Virus record (IMG/VR): IMGVR_UViG_3300032053_000017
Location: 1-64,000 of that record
Origin: a virus
Reading direction: 5' to 3' (one strand)
Length of the DNA stretch: 64,000 nt
The notes below the pieces were generated by a model. The model was not told the origin of the DNA. It saw only the letters and a list, made by a program, of their open reading frames with translations, and ran no database searches. Shown here piece after piece: positions 18,457 to 28,697 of the stretch (within the stretch, counting starts at the first letter, position 1; every line of letters begins with the position of its first letter). A program made the position numbers and the translations under genes.

Positions 18457-19032
18457 ATGAGAGAGCTACTTTTGGTCCAGAGGTATGGTCTGCTGCGGGG
18501 TTTCTTGAGGCAGGCTAAGCGCTACCGCAACCAGTCGCAGGTGGACTACTACATCGCGCGATTGGGAACGCTGCTCAGACAGCCGCGAAAGCGTGTAGTA
18601 TACAAGGTCGTTGACCTGTGGAGTGACGGCGTATACCACTCGTGCAATGTGGGCAAGCCACTCTGCTGTAAGTACATGTTTGGGTATCGGACCTCCCCGG
18701 TCGATGGGACGCGGCTGCTCGCCTTTGCGGAGCTTGCTGACGCTGTGCGGTTCCACGAGTGGTGGCACGGGCGTATCCTGGCTGGGGTCACGACGGAGTT
18801 GCCGCGGTATACGGACACTGTCGCGTACTGCTCTAGTGGTGGGTATCGTGGCGTTTCAGACTACCGCGATCGTGCATGGGTGCGACGCTGGTGGGCATCA
18901 TGGCCCAAGCCATTAGCAGAAGACCCGGACGCGCACGAAGCTCCGGAGGGTACGGTCGCTATAGCCGATTTTCGGCCGCTTGCCGAGGTGGCGCCTGATG
19001 GTACTTTGGTACAGGTAGAGTGCAGGAGGTAA
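18457..19032 (+). CDS. Hypothetical protein
   Basis: 191 aa ORF in operon spacing. Confidence 0.5.
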   Translation: MRELLLVQRYGLLRGFLRQAKRYRNQSQVDYYIARLGTLLRQPRKRVVYKVVDLWSDGVYHSCNVGKPLCCKYMFGYRTSPVDGTRLLAFAELADAVRFHEWWHGRILAGVTTELPRYTDTVAYCSSGGYRGVSDYRDRAWVRRWWASWPKPLAEDPDAHEAPEGTVAIADFRPLAEVAPDGTLVQVECRR

Positions 19033-19039
19033 CGGGTTA

Positions 19040-19333
19040 GTGGATACAAAAGACTGCGGCATGACGCCTATCTGTGATATCGGCGTTCACACTTTTGGTC
19101 GCCCATTGCAGGCCAAGATCCGCGATTTCGACAGTTTTACGACGGTCGAGATCGTGGTCTGTGGGGGGCCGCTGCAGCTTGATCACAGGATCGTGTTTTT
19201 CATCAACCTGCGCGACGACGCTCAGCTCGAGGCCGTGGTCAACGGCATACTAGAGGCCAGGCCGGAGCTCAGGGAGAAGCTGGTGCGTGAGGACATGGGT
19301 CCGGAAGGGACGGCGAATGATGGGCAGGCCTAA
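19040..19333 (+). CDS. Hypothetical protein
   Basis: GGAGG RBS. Confidence 0.45.
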   Translation: MDTKDCGMTPICDIGVHTFGRPLQAKIRDFDSFTTVEIVVCGGPLQLDHRIVFFINLRDDAQLEAVVNGILEARPELREKLVREDMGPEGTANDGQA

Positions 19334-19763
19334 GCACGCAGCGGATAGCAATCCGCTGCCAACCAAGGTGACGGTAGACGTCTGCCGGTGGTGCGCGGCG
19401 CGCGGATTGCCGTGCGAGAAGTACGACATCCCTGAGCTCGGGCTGTCACAGCTGAGCTGGGAGGTCGCGGCGAGGATTGCCCTCGCCTGGAACGACGGCA
19501 ACGACCTCAGCCTTATACTCCGGCGGATCCAGGGGGCGATGGCGTCGAGGGGCAACCTTTCGGACAAGCAGGTGCTCAGCGAGATCCAGTGCGTGCTCAT
19601 GGCCGGCCGCGGGCCTATGGCGGAGGGTAAGCTCTACGGGCGGCCGTTTTCTGAGTGGCTGGATGTCGGGCGCGCGATGCAGGAGTTCGATATTCACGAT
19701 GCGGACGAGCTGCGCCGGCGGATGATCTATCTGAAGGGCGTGACTGCAATGGTGACGAAGTGA
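19317..19763 (+). CDS. Hypothetical protein
   Basis: ORF in operon spacing. Confidence 0.45.
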   Translation: MMGRPKHAADSNPLPTKVTVDVCRWCAARGLPCEKYDIPELGLSQLSWEVAARIALAWNDGNDLSLILRRIQGAMASRGNLSDKQVLSEIQCVLMAGRGPMAEGKLYGRPFSEWLDVGRAMQEFDIHDADELRRRMIYLKGVTAMVTK

Positions 19764-20167
19764 GACTGCTCAGTTGGCTGCAGGACAGGTGGTACGCCGC
19801 GAGGTGTTTCGTGCAGCGCGGCCGCCGCGGCTGGTCGAATGGCGATTGGTGGATGGGGTATTCATACTTCGGGCAGGTCATGGCCGGCATACTGACGGAC
19901 CTGCGGGACAAGGGCAACGGCTACTGGTGTCCGGATATGCCATTCCCCAGTATCTTTTCTCAGGGCATCGCGTGCGACGATGGCGGTGCGGACAATGAGT
20001 GTCGCCTCTGGTGGCGTGCAACACTGACGACGATGATCGAGGGCTTCGAGCGGATGGCCAACGCCGAGGATCTGCTTGGTGATGCTTGGGCTAACCCGGA
20101 GACCGATCCACAGATTATTGAGGCGCTCAGGTTGTTCGCGCTGTACTGGCCGGCGCTGTGGGACTAA
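19760..20167 (+). CDS. Hypothetical phage protein
   Basis: FVQRGRRGWS..DWW...GY...W...L..MIEGF...AL.LF......LWD, a pattern common in phage proteins. Confidence 0.55.
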   Translation: MRLLSWLQDRWYAARCFVQRGRRGWSNGDWWMGYSYFGQVMAGILTDLRDKGNGYWCPDMPFPSIFSQGIACDDGGADNECRLWWRATLTTMIEGFERMANAEDLLGDAWANPETDPQIIEALRLFALYWPALWD

Positions 20168-20170
20168 GAT

Positions 20171-20830
20171 ATGCATACGCGACTTAATCTTAACGCGCTG
20201 AGGCTGCCGCTGGCGGACGAGAGCATCGACACCATCATCACGGATCCACCGTGGCACTTTGACCGGCGCGTGAGTGCCAAGGCGAAGGCCGTTAAGGCGA
20301 GCGATTATCCTCTCATCGATGATGACAAGGTATTGAAGATGCTTGCTGAGATAAGTAGGGTCCTCAAGCCCGGGGCGCATCTCTATGTGTTCTGTCCTGA
20401 GCGCAAGCTTGAGCTGCTGCTTAACAGCTACCCGATGATGCTGGAACACTTTCATACACTTGTCTGGGTAAAGACGCGGAAGGATGGGACAGACCTGAGG
20501 ATTGGTCTCGGGCACTCATACCGCGCCGCGCATGAGTTTATCGTCTGCTTCTATCGGCGGTCGTATGAGGAGGCGGAGGCTGCACTGATGGGCAAGCCGG
20601 TAAAGTCGGTCAGGCGGCCGCTCCGGTCCAAGTCCATACCGAGCGTGTTCTTCGCGCCTCCGATAGGCGGGTCGCGCAAGCCACCAGAGATCTACGCCAC
20701 CTTAGCGCGGGCGAGCACGGTGCCGGGTACTGTTATCTTGGACCCATTTGCAGGATCTGACCCGCTTGGGCGGGCTGGCTTGGACGAGTACTTTACAGTC
20801 AGTGGAGACATCGGCTATGGCACAGGATGA
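20171..20830 (+). CDS. DNA N6-adenine/N4-cytosine methyltransferase (beta class)
   Basis: IITDPPW, RVLKPG, VILDPFAGS. Confidence 0.85.
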   Translation: MHTRLNLNALRLPLADESIDTIITDPPWHFDRRVSAKAKAVKASDYPLIDDDKVLKMLAEISRVLKPGAHLYVFCPERKLELLLNSYPMMLEHFHTLVWVKTRKDGTDLRIGLGHSYRAAHEFIVCFYRRSYEEAEAALMGKPVKSVRRPLRSKSIPSVFFAPPIGGSRKPPEIYATLARASTVPGTVILDPFAGSDPLGRAGLDEYFTVSGDIGYGTG

Positions 20831-21242
20831 GACCGTCGCCAAGTGGCTCTATGAGCGCGTGAAGCCTCACTTCGGGGGCCGGTACCGCGATTATGTGGTA
20901 CTGCGCCGGCGTGTTCGTGACCTTGTTCAGGACTTCAGGGATCCTGATATGGTAGCTGTCATTTGTGCCCATATCATCGGCGAGCAACGCAGCGCGTTCA
21001 ACGCGCTTCAGTCATTGAACTTCTTTCACTTTACCTTTGTGCGGAACAGCTTGGGCTATCCGCCGGGAGCTTGGCGCTATGCGCGGTGGTTTTTTGATGA
21101 GCAGGACTCTAAGGTGCGGGCGTCCATTGACCATTGGCTGGTTTATTGGATGGACGCTATCAAGGACGGTGATACGCCCAGGCAACTTCGTGCTGCTCGG
21201 ATGCTGAACCGACTGAATGATGAACGGGGAGCGGTACTTTGA
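20817..21242 (+). CDS. Hypothetical protein (upstream of the helicase)
   Basis: GGAG RBS. Confidence 0.5.
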   Translation: MAQDETVAKWLYERVKPHFGGRYRDYVVLRRRVRDLVQDFRDPDMVAVICAHIIGEQRSAFNALQSLNFFHFTFVRNSLGYPPGAWRYARWFFDEQDSKVRASIDHWLVYWMDAIKDGDTPRQLRAARMLNRLNDERGAVL

Positions 21243-21505
21243 CCGAGGAGGTAGCGTGATGGTAACGGTACGCAAGGTTCCTACGTGGTGTGTGGTGATT
21301 CACACATACGGGCATGGTATGAGTAGCGAGTGCCAGATCCAAACAACGACAGTCATGGGGGCCATCGCCGAGGTCCTGAGTTACATGACGCCAGAAGAAC
21401 AGGCGGCGGTTGATACTGTGGTCGTGACGCGCCTCTACAGTCTTAACGAGGCTACGCTGCCCGGCTCGACAGCTGGACTGAATGTATTTGGAGAGCAGGT
21501 AGAGG

Positions 21506-22774
21506 ATGCCTGATCTGACGCCCGACGAGGTCGAGCTTCTTGCCTTGTCAGCTCTGCGCACATCTGAGAGTGTGCAGTGGGCTATCAAGCAGGGGCTTCT
21601 CAGCTCAGCGTTTCAGAATGATGTCCACCGTCGGGCGTGGGAGTTGCTCGCGGAGCGCTCTGTGGGTGGTGGGATGCTGCCCGGTGCCGCTGATTTGGCT
21701 GCGCTCGGTGTGGTTGTTCTTGATGATGCTCGCGACTACGAGACGCATGTCAACGAGCTGGTGCGTTATGACATAGCGCGTCGTTCGCGCGTGATCCTGT
21801 TGGATTTGGTGCCAGCGCTGGACAATGACCCTGAGGGGGTAACCCATCGCATTGTTCAAGAGCTTTCTGCTGTGTCGACGCGTCAGGATGTGCACACGGG
21901 ATTTTCTGACAAGGACGCGGGCGTCCGCGCGCAGGAGGTCCAGAACCGTGTTCAGGCGCGTATCGAGGGGCGTAGCTGGGGTATCCCTACGGGTCTGCCT
22001 ATCTTCGATGACGAGGGCTCATCTTGGCAGCCAGGGGAACTTGTAGCTATCATGGGTATCCCTGGGTCTGGGAAGAGCTCGATGCTTGTCTACTTTTCCT
22101 GCGTTGCCTACCTCGCCGGTAAACGGATCCTCTTGCTCTCGCCGGAAAATTCAAAGCTGGACATGGAGTGGCGCGTTGATGTTTTTCTATCACAGCTTGA
22201 CGGTCCTGAGTGGGGGTTTACACTCAAGGACCTGCGTAACGGGACTGTCGATCTAGCCAAGTATGATGAGTGGGCCGAGAAGTTCGCCTTGCGCGACGAC
22301 TGGATAACTGTGGATTCGGGCCAGCGCGGGGAATTTACGGTCGAGGACGTCATTTCGCTGACCCGCGAGCATAAGCCTGATATCCTTGCGATCGACGGTT
22401 TTCACCTCCTTAGTGGGAAGGGCAAGAGTTGGGAGGTGATGTTCGATGCGGCGAAACGGATCAAGGGGCTGGCGCAGGGCATGGGTATCACAGTCCTCTG
22501 CGTGACGCAGGCCAACAGGGAGGCCGCTGTCATCCAGGAGGACACGCCCGAGCAACACCAGGCTGCGTATGGGAACGCGATCGTTGAGGATGCGAACCGC
22601 CTCATCTCGCTGGCGAAGGTGCGGGGAAATAAGCTGCAGCGGGTCTTCAGGGTGCCGAAGTTCAGGGACGGCCCTGAGGTCACCTACAGACAGTACCTTG
22701 AGTTTGATGTTAACCGGGGCGTCATCCGGCAGCTTCAACCTCAGGAAGGAGACAGGGGTCTTGTTGAGTTCTAG
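21506..22774 (+). CDS. dnaB: DnaB-like replicative helicase
   Basis: GIPTG, GIPGSGKS (Walker A), ILAIDG, QANR, KFRDG. Confidence 0.9.
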   Translation: MPDLTPDEVELLALSALRTSESVQWAIKQGLLSSAFQNDVHRRAWELLAERSVGGGMLPGAADLAALGVVVLDDARDYETHVNELVRYDIARRSRVILLDLVPALDNDPEGVTHRIVQELSAVSTRQDVHTGFSDKDAGVRAQEVQNRVQARIEGRSWGIPTGLPIFDDEGSSWQPGELVAIMGIPGSGKSSMLVYFSCVAYLAGKRILLLSPENSKLDMEWRVDVFLSQLDGPEWGFTLKDLRNGTVDLAKYDEWAEKFALRDDWITVDSGQRGEFTVEDVISLTREHKPDILAIDGFHLLSGKGKSWEVMFDAAKRIKGLAQGMGITVLCVTQANREAAVIQEDTPEQHQAAYGNAIVEDANRLISLAKVRGNKLQRVFRVPKFRDGPEVTYRQYLEFDVNRGVIRQLQPQEGDRGLVEF

Positions 22775-23088
22775 GGTGATTCATCTGGTGCTGTGTTGTT
22801 TGCGCCGCCATGCGTGGAAGCCCTGGCAGCCGTTCTGCGACGTGTATCTGCGGAGGTGTCGTTATTGCCCGGCTCGTCAGAGAAGGTACAAATAATGAAA
22901 GGGCCGCCCGTGTACAAGATCTACTGTTCGAAATGTGGCAAGTTTCTCTTCGAGACTGAGTTGACTGAGGGTGAGGCTTACTGCGTATGCGGCGGCGTCA
23001 CTGACCTGGCTAAGAACATTGGTCAACTGCCGCAGAGGTAGTATCCTACCGCCGGGTACCAGAACGCGCCCTCAGGGGCGTTAGAGGG

Positions 23089-24045
23089 TTGGTCTTGAAT
23101 ACAAAGATCTTCACGAAATATGGAAGTGCAAGCTACCGTCGCGAGGTGGCTGATGTTTTGGATATCCTCGGCGTAGAGGTCGTGCGCGTCGAGCAGAAGA
23201 CGCGTGACCCGTGGGCGCTCTGTCTGTGCCCCTTTCATGATGATCACTCGCCATCGTTTGCTATCTCGATCGAAACTGGGCACTGGGTCTGCTACGCGGG
23301 CTGCGGCGCGGGTCGATTGGAGGAGCTGGTAGCGCGTCTTCGTGGGATCTCTGAGGCTGATGCACTGCGGTGGCTTCAGGACATGGTGGCACCAGATCCT
23401 GGCACGGATGTGCTGGTTCAGGCGTTGAAACCCGCGGTTGGCGCGCTAGACACTCAGGCGGTGGTTCCGCCTTACGAGCATGGGAGAACATACCGTTACA
23501 TGATAGATAGGGGCTTCGAGCCCGCTACACTTAAGGAGTGGGATGTGGGGCAGGACCGTTCACGCGGTGCGGTGGTGCTGCCAGTAAGTTTCAAGGGTCG
23601 CGTCATGGGACTTATCTATCGGTATGTCAACCCGTTGGTGACTCCGAAGTATGTCTATACGCCGGGTCTTCAGGCATCAGATGTCCTGTTTGGCTGGGAC
23701 ATGCTGCCCGAGGTACCGTCCGAGGTCGTCGCGGTCGAGGGGCCGTTGGACGCGGTATGGCTTTGGCAGTGTGGGATCCCCGCGGTAGCACTGCTGGGTG
23801 CTCAAGTCTCGCGGGCGCAAGCTGCACTGCTGTCTGGCCGCACGCGCGTCGTTGTTCTGGCGCTGGATCATGATGACGCGGGGCGTCGGGGCACCGAGCA
23901 GGCATTGCGGCTGCTGGGCAAGCGGGTCAAGGTGCGTATCGCCAGTTTATCGAACGGGCGGAAAGATGTTCAGGAGTGTAACTGCATCGAGTTGAAGGTC
24001 GCCATATCGGAGGCGGTTGATGCCGCGGTGGGTGGCCTGCCATGA
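23089..24045 (+). CDS. dnaG: DnaG-type DNA primase
   Basis: CPFHDD..PSF...CYAGCG zinc finger; TOPRIM VEGPLD, LALDHDDAG. Confidence 0.92.
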   Translation: MVLNTKIFTKYGSASYRREVADVLDILGVEVVRVEQKTRDPWALCLCPFHDDHSPSFAISIETGHWVCYAGCGAGRLEELVARLRGISEADALRWLQDMVAPDPGTDVLVQALKPAVGALDTQAVVPPYEHGRTYRYMIDRGFEPATLKEWDVGQDRSRGAVVLPVSFKGRVMGLIYRYVNPLVTPKYVYTPGLQASDVLFGWDMLPEVPSEVVAVEGPLDAVWLWQCGIPAVALLGAQVSRAQAALLSGRTRVVVLALDHDDAGRRGTEQALRLLGKRVKVRIASLSNGRKDVQECNCIELKVAISEAVDAAVGGLP

Positions 24046-24094
24046 CTGTGGTATACTATAATCGGCAGGGTTTTGTACACTGGAAGGGATTGTT

Positions 24095-24676
24095 ATGCAC
24101 GATGGGATGACCTTTGAGGGCTGCATGAAACGGTACGGGAACTTTGTTGAGGCGCATTCGCGCTGGCATATAGCCGGCTTTGATCGTGATGACGTCCGTC
24201 AGGAGATTATCGAGGTCATGATACGGTGTCTCCGCAACTACGACGTGTCGTTGAATGTTCCCTTCTACCCCTACTTCAAACGAGCAGTCATCAACCAGCT
24301 TTGTAAGCTGGGCTCACGCGGCCGCAAGCGGGCCCACCTCTTTGCGGAGGTAAGCCCATTGCCCGATGACCCGGATAAGGTGCCCGCTGCTCCTGAGCCA
24401 GATTTGACTGACCTGGCGGCGTCTAGTGAGTTTATCGCTCGGGTCAAAGACTTGAGTCTCGCGACTCGGACGGTTGTAACGAAGGTGTTGACCGGCAAGC
24501 CGGTGACGGCTGCCGAACGACGGGGTGCCCGTGTCGAGCTGTTCGACGCTTTGGGCGACGACGTGCGCGATTGGCGCTGTGCGCAGCGCGTACCATTGGA
24601 TAGTAAGGGACAACCGGCGCGACGGATCACAGCGGCGGTAAACTGGCGTCCTGCGGTAGCTCTAAGAGGAGGGTAG
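24095..24676 (+). CDS. Sigma70-family (region 2) transcription factor
   Basis: G.DRDDVRQE.......RNYD.....F..Y....V.N pattern of sigma region 2. Confidence 0.65.
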   Translation: MHDGMTFEGCMKRYGNFVEAHSRWHIAGFDRDDVRQEIIEVMIRCLRNYDVSLNVPFYPYFKRAVINQLCKLGSRGRKRAHLFAEVSPLPDDPDKVPAAPEPDLTDLAASSEFIARVKDLSLATRTVVTKVLTGKPVTAAERRGARVELFDALGDDVRDWRCAQRVPLDSKGQPARRITAAVNWRPAVALRGG

Positions 24677-24681
24677 ACAAC

Positions 24682-25425
24682 TTGAGCGGTTACGGAAGGG
24701 GACTTGCTTACCTGGGTAAGGAGCGTGAGAAGCACGCTTTCAGGGGAAGTGGTATCAGGAAACTGTGGTTGACACAGGACGGTGATATCGCCAAGTTCAG
24801 GATCTTGACTGACGGCAACGAGACCTTTACGCACCTCTTTCACGAGGTGGCGATGTCGTCGCAGCGCGGCAAGGACTACACGAAGGACGTGCTCTGCACG
24901 CGCAGGCTGAACGAAGAGGCCGAGTTCATCGACGATGCGGATGCTTGCAAGTACTGCGCTGCAGGATTGCCTGGCAAGCCGAAGGGCGTGCTTTTGGTCT
25001 ACCTCTACGCGGTCGCGCACAAGTACCCAGACGCAGAGGGCAAGTGGACGAGGGCCATGCGGGGCGAAGTGCCGATCTTCATCGAGAAGATCAACGAGGT
25101 ACGCATCTGGCTCATACGCAACCGGATGGTTGATATGGTCGCTGACAAGTTCGGCGAGTTGGGGACACTGCTGGACCGGAACTGGGATCTGAAGCGATTT
25201 GGCAAGACCGGCGAGGGTCCGGTGCAGTACATCTTCGAGGGGAAGGACCCGGGACCGCCCAGCGCAGAGTGTGCTCAGGCGATCCAGACTCTTCGCCCGC
25301 TGGATGAGGTTGTGTTGGAGGAGTTCGGCGGTGAGCCGGTGAAGACCGCGGTTGAGCCTGCTGCTGAGGTTGCAGGCGGCGCGGCCGACACGGTCCCGCC
25401 CGACGACGAGGTCGGTTTCGACTAG
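24682..25425 (+). CDS. Single-stranded DNA-binding protein (gp32-like)
   Basis: DGDIAKFRIL, H/C..CKYC Zn site, KR.G....VQY, acidic tail DDEVGFD. Confidence 0.7.
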   Translation: MSGYGRGLAYLGKEREKHAFRGSGIRKLWLTQDGDIAKFRILTDGNETFTHLFHEVAMSSQRGKDYTKDVLCTRRLNEEAEFIDDADACKYCAAGLPGKPKGVLLVYLYAVAHKYPDAEGKWTRAMRGEVPIFIEKINEVRIWLIRNRMVDMVADKFGELGTLLDRNWDLKRFGKTGEGPVQYIFEGKDPGPPSAECAQAIQTLRPLDEVVLEEFGGEPVKTAVEPAAEVAGGAADTVPPDDEVGFD

Positions 25426-25428
25426 ACC

Positions 25429-25890
25429 GTGCCAGGACGTAGGACAAATAAGACAGCCGAGGGCGTCGAGCCCCTGACCATATCGGTTACGCTCGGCGCC
25501 ACTATCCCGACAGGTGACTTCGGGAACGTACGGCCCACGGTCGAGATCAAGAACATCAGGCTCGACCAGCCGTTGGAGCCGCAGCTTGAGCACGCCCTGG
25601 CCGCGGCGGGCAAGGCCTGGCTCGCTATCGACGATGAGATTGAGCATCGCGTGATGGACATGCTGTCTATCGATGCAGGCTCAACTGAGACGCCGACGCT
25701 GCGCGACCGGGTGGCTAGGCTCGAGACCTGGCAGACTACGGTTCGAAAGAACACCAAGGTTATTGTGGACGAGGTGCGGAGACAGAAGGACGTGCTGGAG
25801 AAGCCGAAGGGGAAGAAGAAGGAGGCTATTGGTGAGCACAGTCAGGATAGTGGAGATAGCGCACGGGAGGCCGATGGTGAACAGGGATAG
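25429..25890 (+). CDS. Hypothetical protein
   Basis: SVTLGATIPTGDFGNVR motif and a coiled coil. Confidence 0.55.
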   Translation: MPGRRTNKTAEGVEPLTISVTLGATIPTGDFGNVRPTVEIKNIRLDQPLEPQLEHALAAAGKAWLAIDDEIEHRVMDMLSIDAGSTETPTLRDRVARLETWQTTVRKNTKVIVDEVRRQKDVLEKPKGKKKEAIGEHSQDSGDSAREADGEQG

Positions 25891-26137
25891 GATCATCGGA
25901 TTGAGCGACAAGATCGGTATGCTCGGTCTGCTCGCATTCTATGTGTTCCACCTGTGGAACCTGTTGCGGACCAGAGAGACGGCTGGGCTCTCGCTGCCGG
26001 CGTTCTCCTGTCTGCTGGTCGGGTGCGTCGCATTCACGGTCCTCGGGGCTGCAACGCAGAAGGTCGGACTGCTCATCGCGAACGGTTTGGCTACGATCGT
26101 CACGACGATCACGCTGGGGTTCATACTGTGGGCCTAA
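25874..26137 (+). CDS. SemiSWEET/PQ-loop-like 3-TM membrane protein
   Basis: 87 aa, three hydrophobic helices, RTRETAGLS and LLIAN motifs. Confidence 0.55.
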   Translation: MVNRDRIIGLSDKIGMLGLLAFYVFHLWNLLRTRETAGLSLPAFSCLLVGCVAFTVLGAATQKVGLLIANGLATIVTTITLGFILWA

Positions 26138-26520
26138 CACCGTTCTTCGGGATCTGTTACTCGGACAACTGCGGGGCCGAGCGCGAGTTTATTAAGCCGC
26201 GCAAGGTCAGGCGCTTGTTGGATGCTGGTACCGAGGCGCTGATAGTCAGATTCATGTGCAAGGCGTGCAAGGTCGATCAGGACTTCGTTATGACCCCACT
26301 GCACGCTCTGGAGGCGGGACTGAAGAATGTCTAACCCTTATAGGTTTGACCATGACCGTGTTCTCGAGCAGCTTTATCTTGACGATGAGCAGATTCGTGC
26401 GGAGCAGCGGGCTTTGCGCGGGATCGATCGTGATGGCATCCGGTCTCTCGAGGGCCGACGTCAGCAGACCTGGGGCATGATTCGACAGCGGAAGGCAGAT
26501 CTGCATCGGTGGGGCTAGTG

Positions 26521-27504
26521 ATGGTGGATAAGAGTGAACTGGAACAACTGAAGAAGGGTCTTGCGGCCGATAAGCGGATCGGTAACGTGCCTTTGTTCTG
26601 GGGCAGTGATGAGAAGCTCATCGTGGAGGTCTTGCCGACAGGTATCGCCTCCTTTGACGCGGCCCTTGATGGTGGCTTTGCTTTTGGGCGCATATCAATG
26701 CTGATCGGCGAGTGGTCGTCAGGCAAGACACTCTTGGCCTATATGGCGATCAAACAGGCGCAGGCCCGAGGGCTCATCGCGGCATTCATCGATGTGGAGC
26801 ACTCATACGATCCCTCCTGGGCTAAGACACTTGGCATCGATACCGAAAGTCTTCTGCTTTCGCGCCCGCTTACGGGTGAGCAGGCATGGGACGTGGCGGA
26901 GGCTCTTTGTAAGGCTCAGATCGGGATTGTGGTCATGGACAGTATAGCGCAACTTACGCCGACGGCCGAGTCTGAGGGCGCAATGGAGGATATGACCATG
27001 GCCAGCCTTGCACGACTGGTCAACAAGGGTCTGCGTAAGGTGGTATCTGTCAACGAGAAGACCGTTGTCATCCTCATCAACCAGCTTCGTGAAAAGGTGG
27101 GTCTTATCTTCGGCAGTCCAGAGACGCTGCCCGGTGGACGTGGCCAGCGCTTTGTGGCGCACCAGATCGTGCGCGTGCGGCGCGGCAACTGGATTGAGGA
27201 GGGTAAGGGCGATGATAAGCACCGTATAGGCTATCAACTTGGACTGCGGGTCGAGAAGTCCAAGATGGGCGCGCCTTGGAAGGAGGGCAGTGCCCCCTTC
27301 TACTTTACCGGCATCATAGATGAGATCGGCGGTCTGGTGCCCCTCGCGGTCGAGCTGGGCATAATCGCGAAGGACGGCGGGTGGTACACGCTGCCGGGCG
27401 GTGAGCGGGTCTTTGGCAAGATGAATCTCTACGAGCAGGTACGGGGGAACGAGGTCTTGCAGGATACGCTCAAAAAACTGATCTCGGAGATTCCTGACTT
27501 CTAG
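26521..27504 (+). CDS. recA: RecA recombinase
   Basis: PTGI..FD.ALDGG, GEWSSGKT, FIDVEH, VMDSIA, INQLREKVG..FGSPET.PGG. Confidence 0.95.
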   Translation: MVDKSELEQLKKGLAADKRIGNVPLFWGSDEKLIVEVLPTGIASFDAALDGGFAFGRISMLIGEWSSGKTLLAYMAIKQAQARGLIAAFIDVEHSYDPSWAKTLGIDTESLLLSRPLTGEQAWDVAEALCKAQIGIVVMDSIAQLTPTAESEGAMEDMTMASLARLVNKGLRKVVSVNEKTVVILINQLREKVGLIFGSPETLPGGRGQRFVAHQIVRVRRGNWIEEGKGDDKHRIGYQLGLRVEKSKMGAPWKEGSAPFYFTGIIDEIGGLVPLAVELGIIAKDGGWYTLPGGERVFGKMNLYEQVRGNEVLQDTLKKLISEIPDF

Positions 27505-27516
27505 GGAGGAGCTAGT

Positions 27517-27756
27517 ATGAATCCATACGATCCAAGCGCGAAGTGCAAGCAGTGCGGCTGCGTGGTCATAGACACTGTGTACTATAACTACGACAACAAG
27601 CCTAAGGCGGAGGTGTGTCGGTATGCCAGCGAGGGACTGCTGAGTATCTGTCCCTGCTGCGGTTATCAGTGGGTGGATGAGACATTGGTGCAGACCGCTG
27701 CTCGGCTTATCAAGGAGGCGGAGGAGGCAGCACAGCAGGGACAGAGCGAGGCCTAA
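27517..27756 (+). CDS. Small Zn-ribbon protein
   Basis: CKQCG...CPCCG; GGAGG RBS. Confidence 0.5.
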   Translation: MNPYDPSAKCKQCGCVVIDTVYYNYDNKPKAEVCRYASEGLLSICPCCGYQWVDETLVQTAARLIKEAEEAAQQGQSEA

Positions 27757-27909
27757 TGCGACAGAGACTGATGGTCATCATCAAGCGCGAGGGGGTGGGA
27801 ACGCACAGTGAGCGTCACGAGGCCATCTTGTACGTGAACGAGCTCCCGCGCGTCCTGCAGCGCGGTAAGAACAAGGCCGGTAAGCGACGACAAGGTAAGC
27901 ATCCTAGAT

Positions 27910-28296
27910 ATGCCAGCGTGGAGTAGGGAGGAGACGCCCAGGACGTTGACGAAGCCGCACAGGCAGCTTATGGCGCTACTGACTGGGCTGGGGTTGGAGG
28001 TCAGGTCGGAGGTCCGGGTTGGACGGTACGCACTTGATATCTTGGTGGAGGAGCTCTGGCTTGGCTTTGAGGCTGATGGGACTTCGGCGCATGCTGGTCC
28101 GCGAAAACGCAAGCGGGACGCCGCACGCGACCTATGGATCTATGATAACGCGAGGATCCCGGTGTTGCGCGTGGATGAGGAGATGCTTAGGGCTTCGGCA
28201 TCTGATGCGGCGATGGTGCTTATCGATGACTTTATCAAGCAGCATTCTTCCGATGTAGAGGAGCGAAAGGAGCAGGGGAAATGGGTAGTCGTTTAA
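27910..28296 (+). CDS. DUF559/Vsr-like endonuclease
   Basis: EVRVGRYALDI, FEADG..H, D..RD..., VLRV. Confidence 0.7.
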   Translation: MPAWSREETPRTLTKPHRQLMALLTGLGLEVRSEVRVGRYALDILVEELWLGFEADGTSAHAGPRKRKRDAARDLWIYDNARIPVLRVDEEMLRASASDAAMVLIDDFIKQHSSDVEERKEQGKWVVV

Positions 28297-28697
28297 GACA
28301 GCGACACCGTCCGTTGAAGCCAGTCAAGGTTGCTTCTGCTGAGTTCTGTCTTGCTGAGATGCTCCTCATCCAGAAGTCGATCAAGGCGACGATTGACGCG
28401 CGCCTCAAGGGGCATAAGAAGCTGTCGCCATCTTTGAAGATGGTCATGCTGGCCGACGCTATCATCAATGAGGGTTCGGAGCTTAAAGCATGGCTGCCAT
28501 GGAAACTGTGGAGGGGCGACTACGGGCGCGAGCTGACAGAGGGGGAGCGTGAAGGCGTCATCGAGGAGCTCGTTGATCTTCTGCACTTTGTCTTGGAAGG
28601 TTTCATTGACATGGGTATCGATGACCCGAAGTTGCTGACCGGGTACTATCTAGCTAAGGCGAAGATCAATAAGGAGCGTCAGCAGAATGGGTACTAG
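28281..28697 (+). CDS. All-alpha dUTPase/dCTPase (dUTPase_2 / T4 gp56-like)
   Basis: E..EL..WLPWK.W, EELVDLLHF, Y..K..IN.ERQ..GY. Confidence 0.85.
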   Translation: MGSRLRQRHRPLKPVKVASAEFCLAEMLLIQKSIKATIDARLKGHKKLSPSLKMVMLADAIINEGSELKAWLPWKLWRGDYGRELTEGEREGVIEELVDLLHFVLEGFIDMGIDDPKLLTGYYLAKAKINKERQQNGY

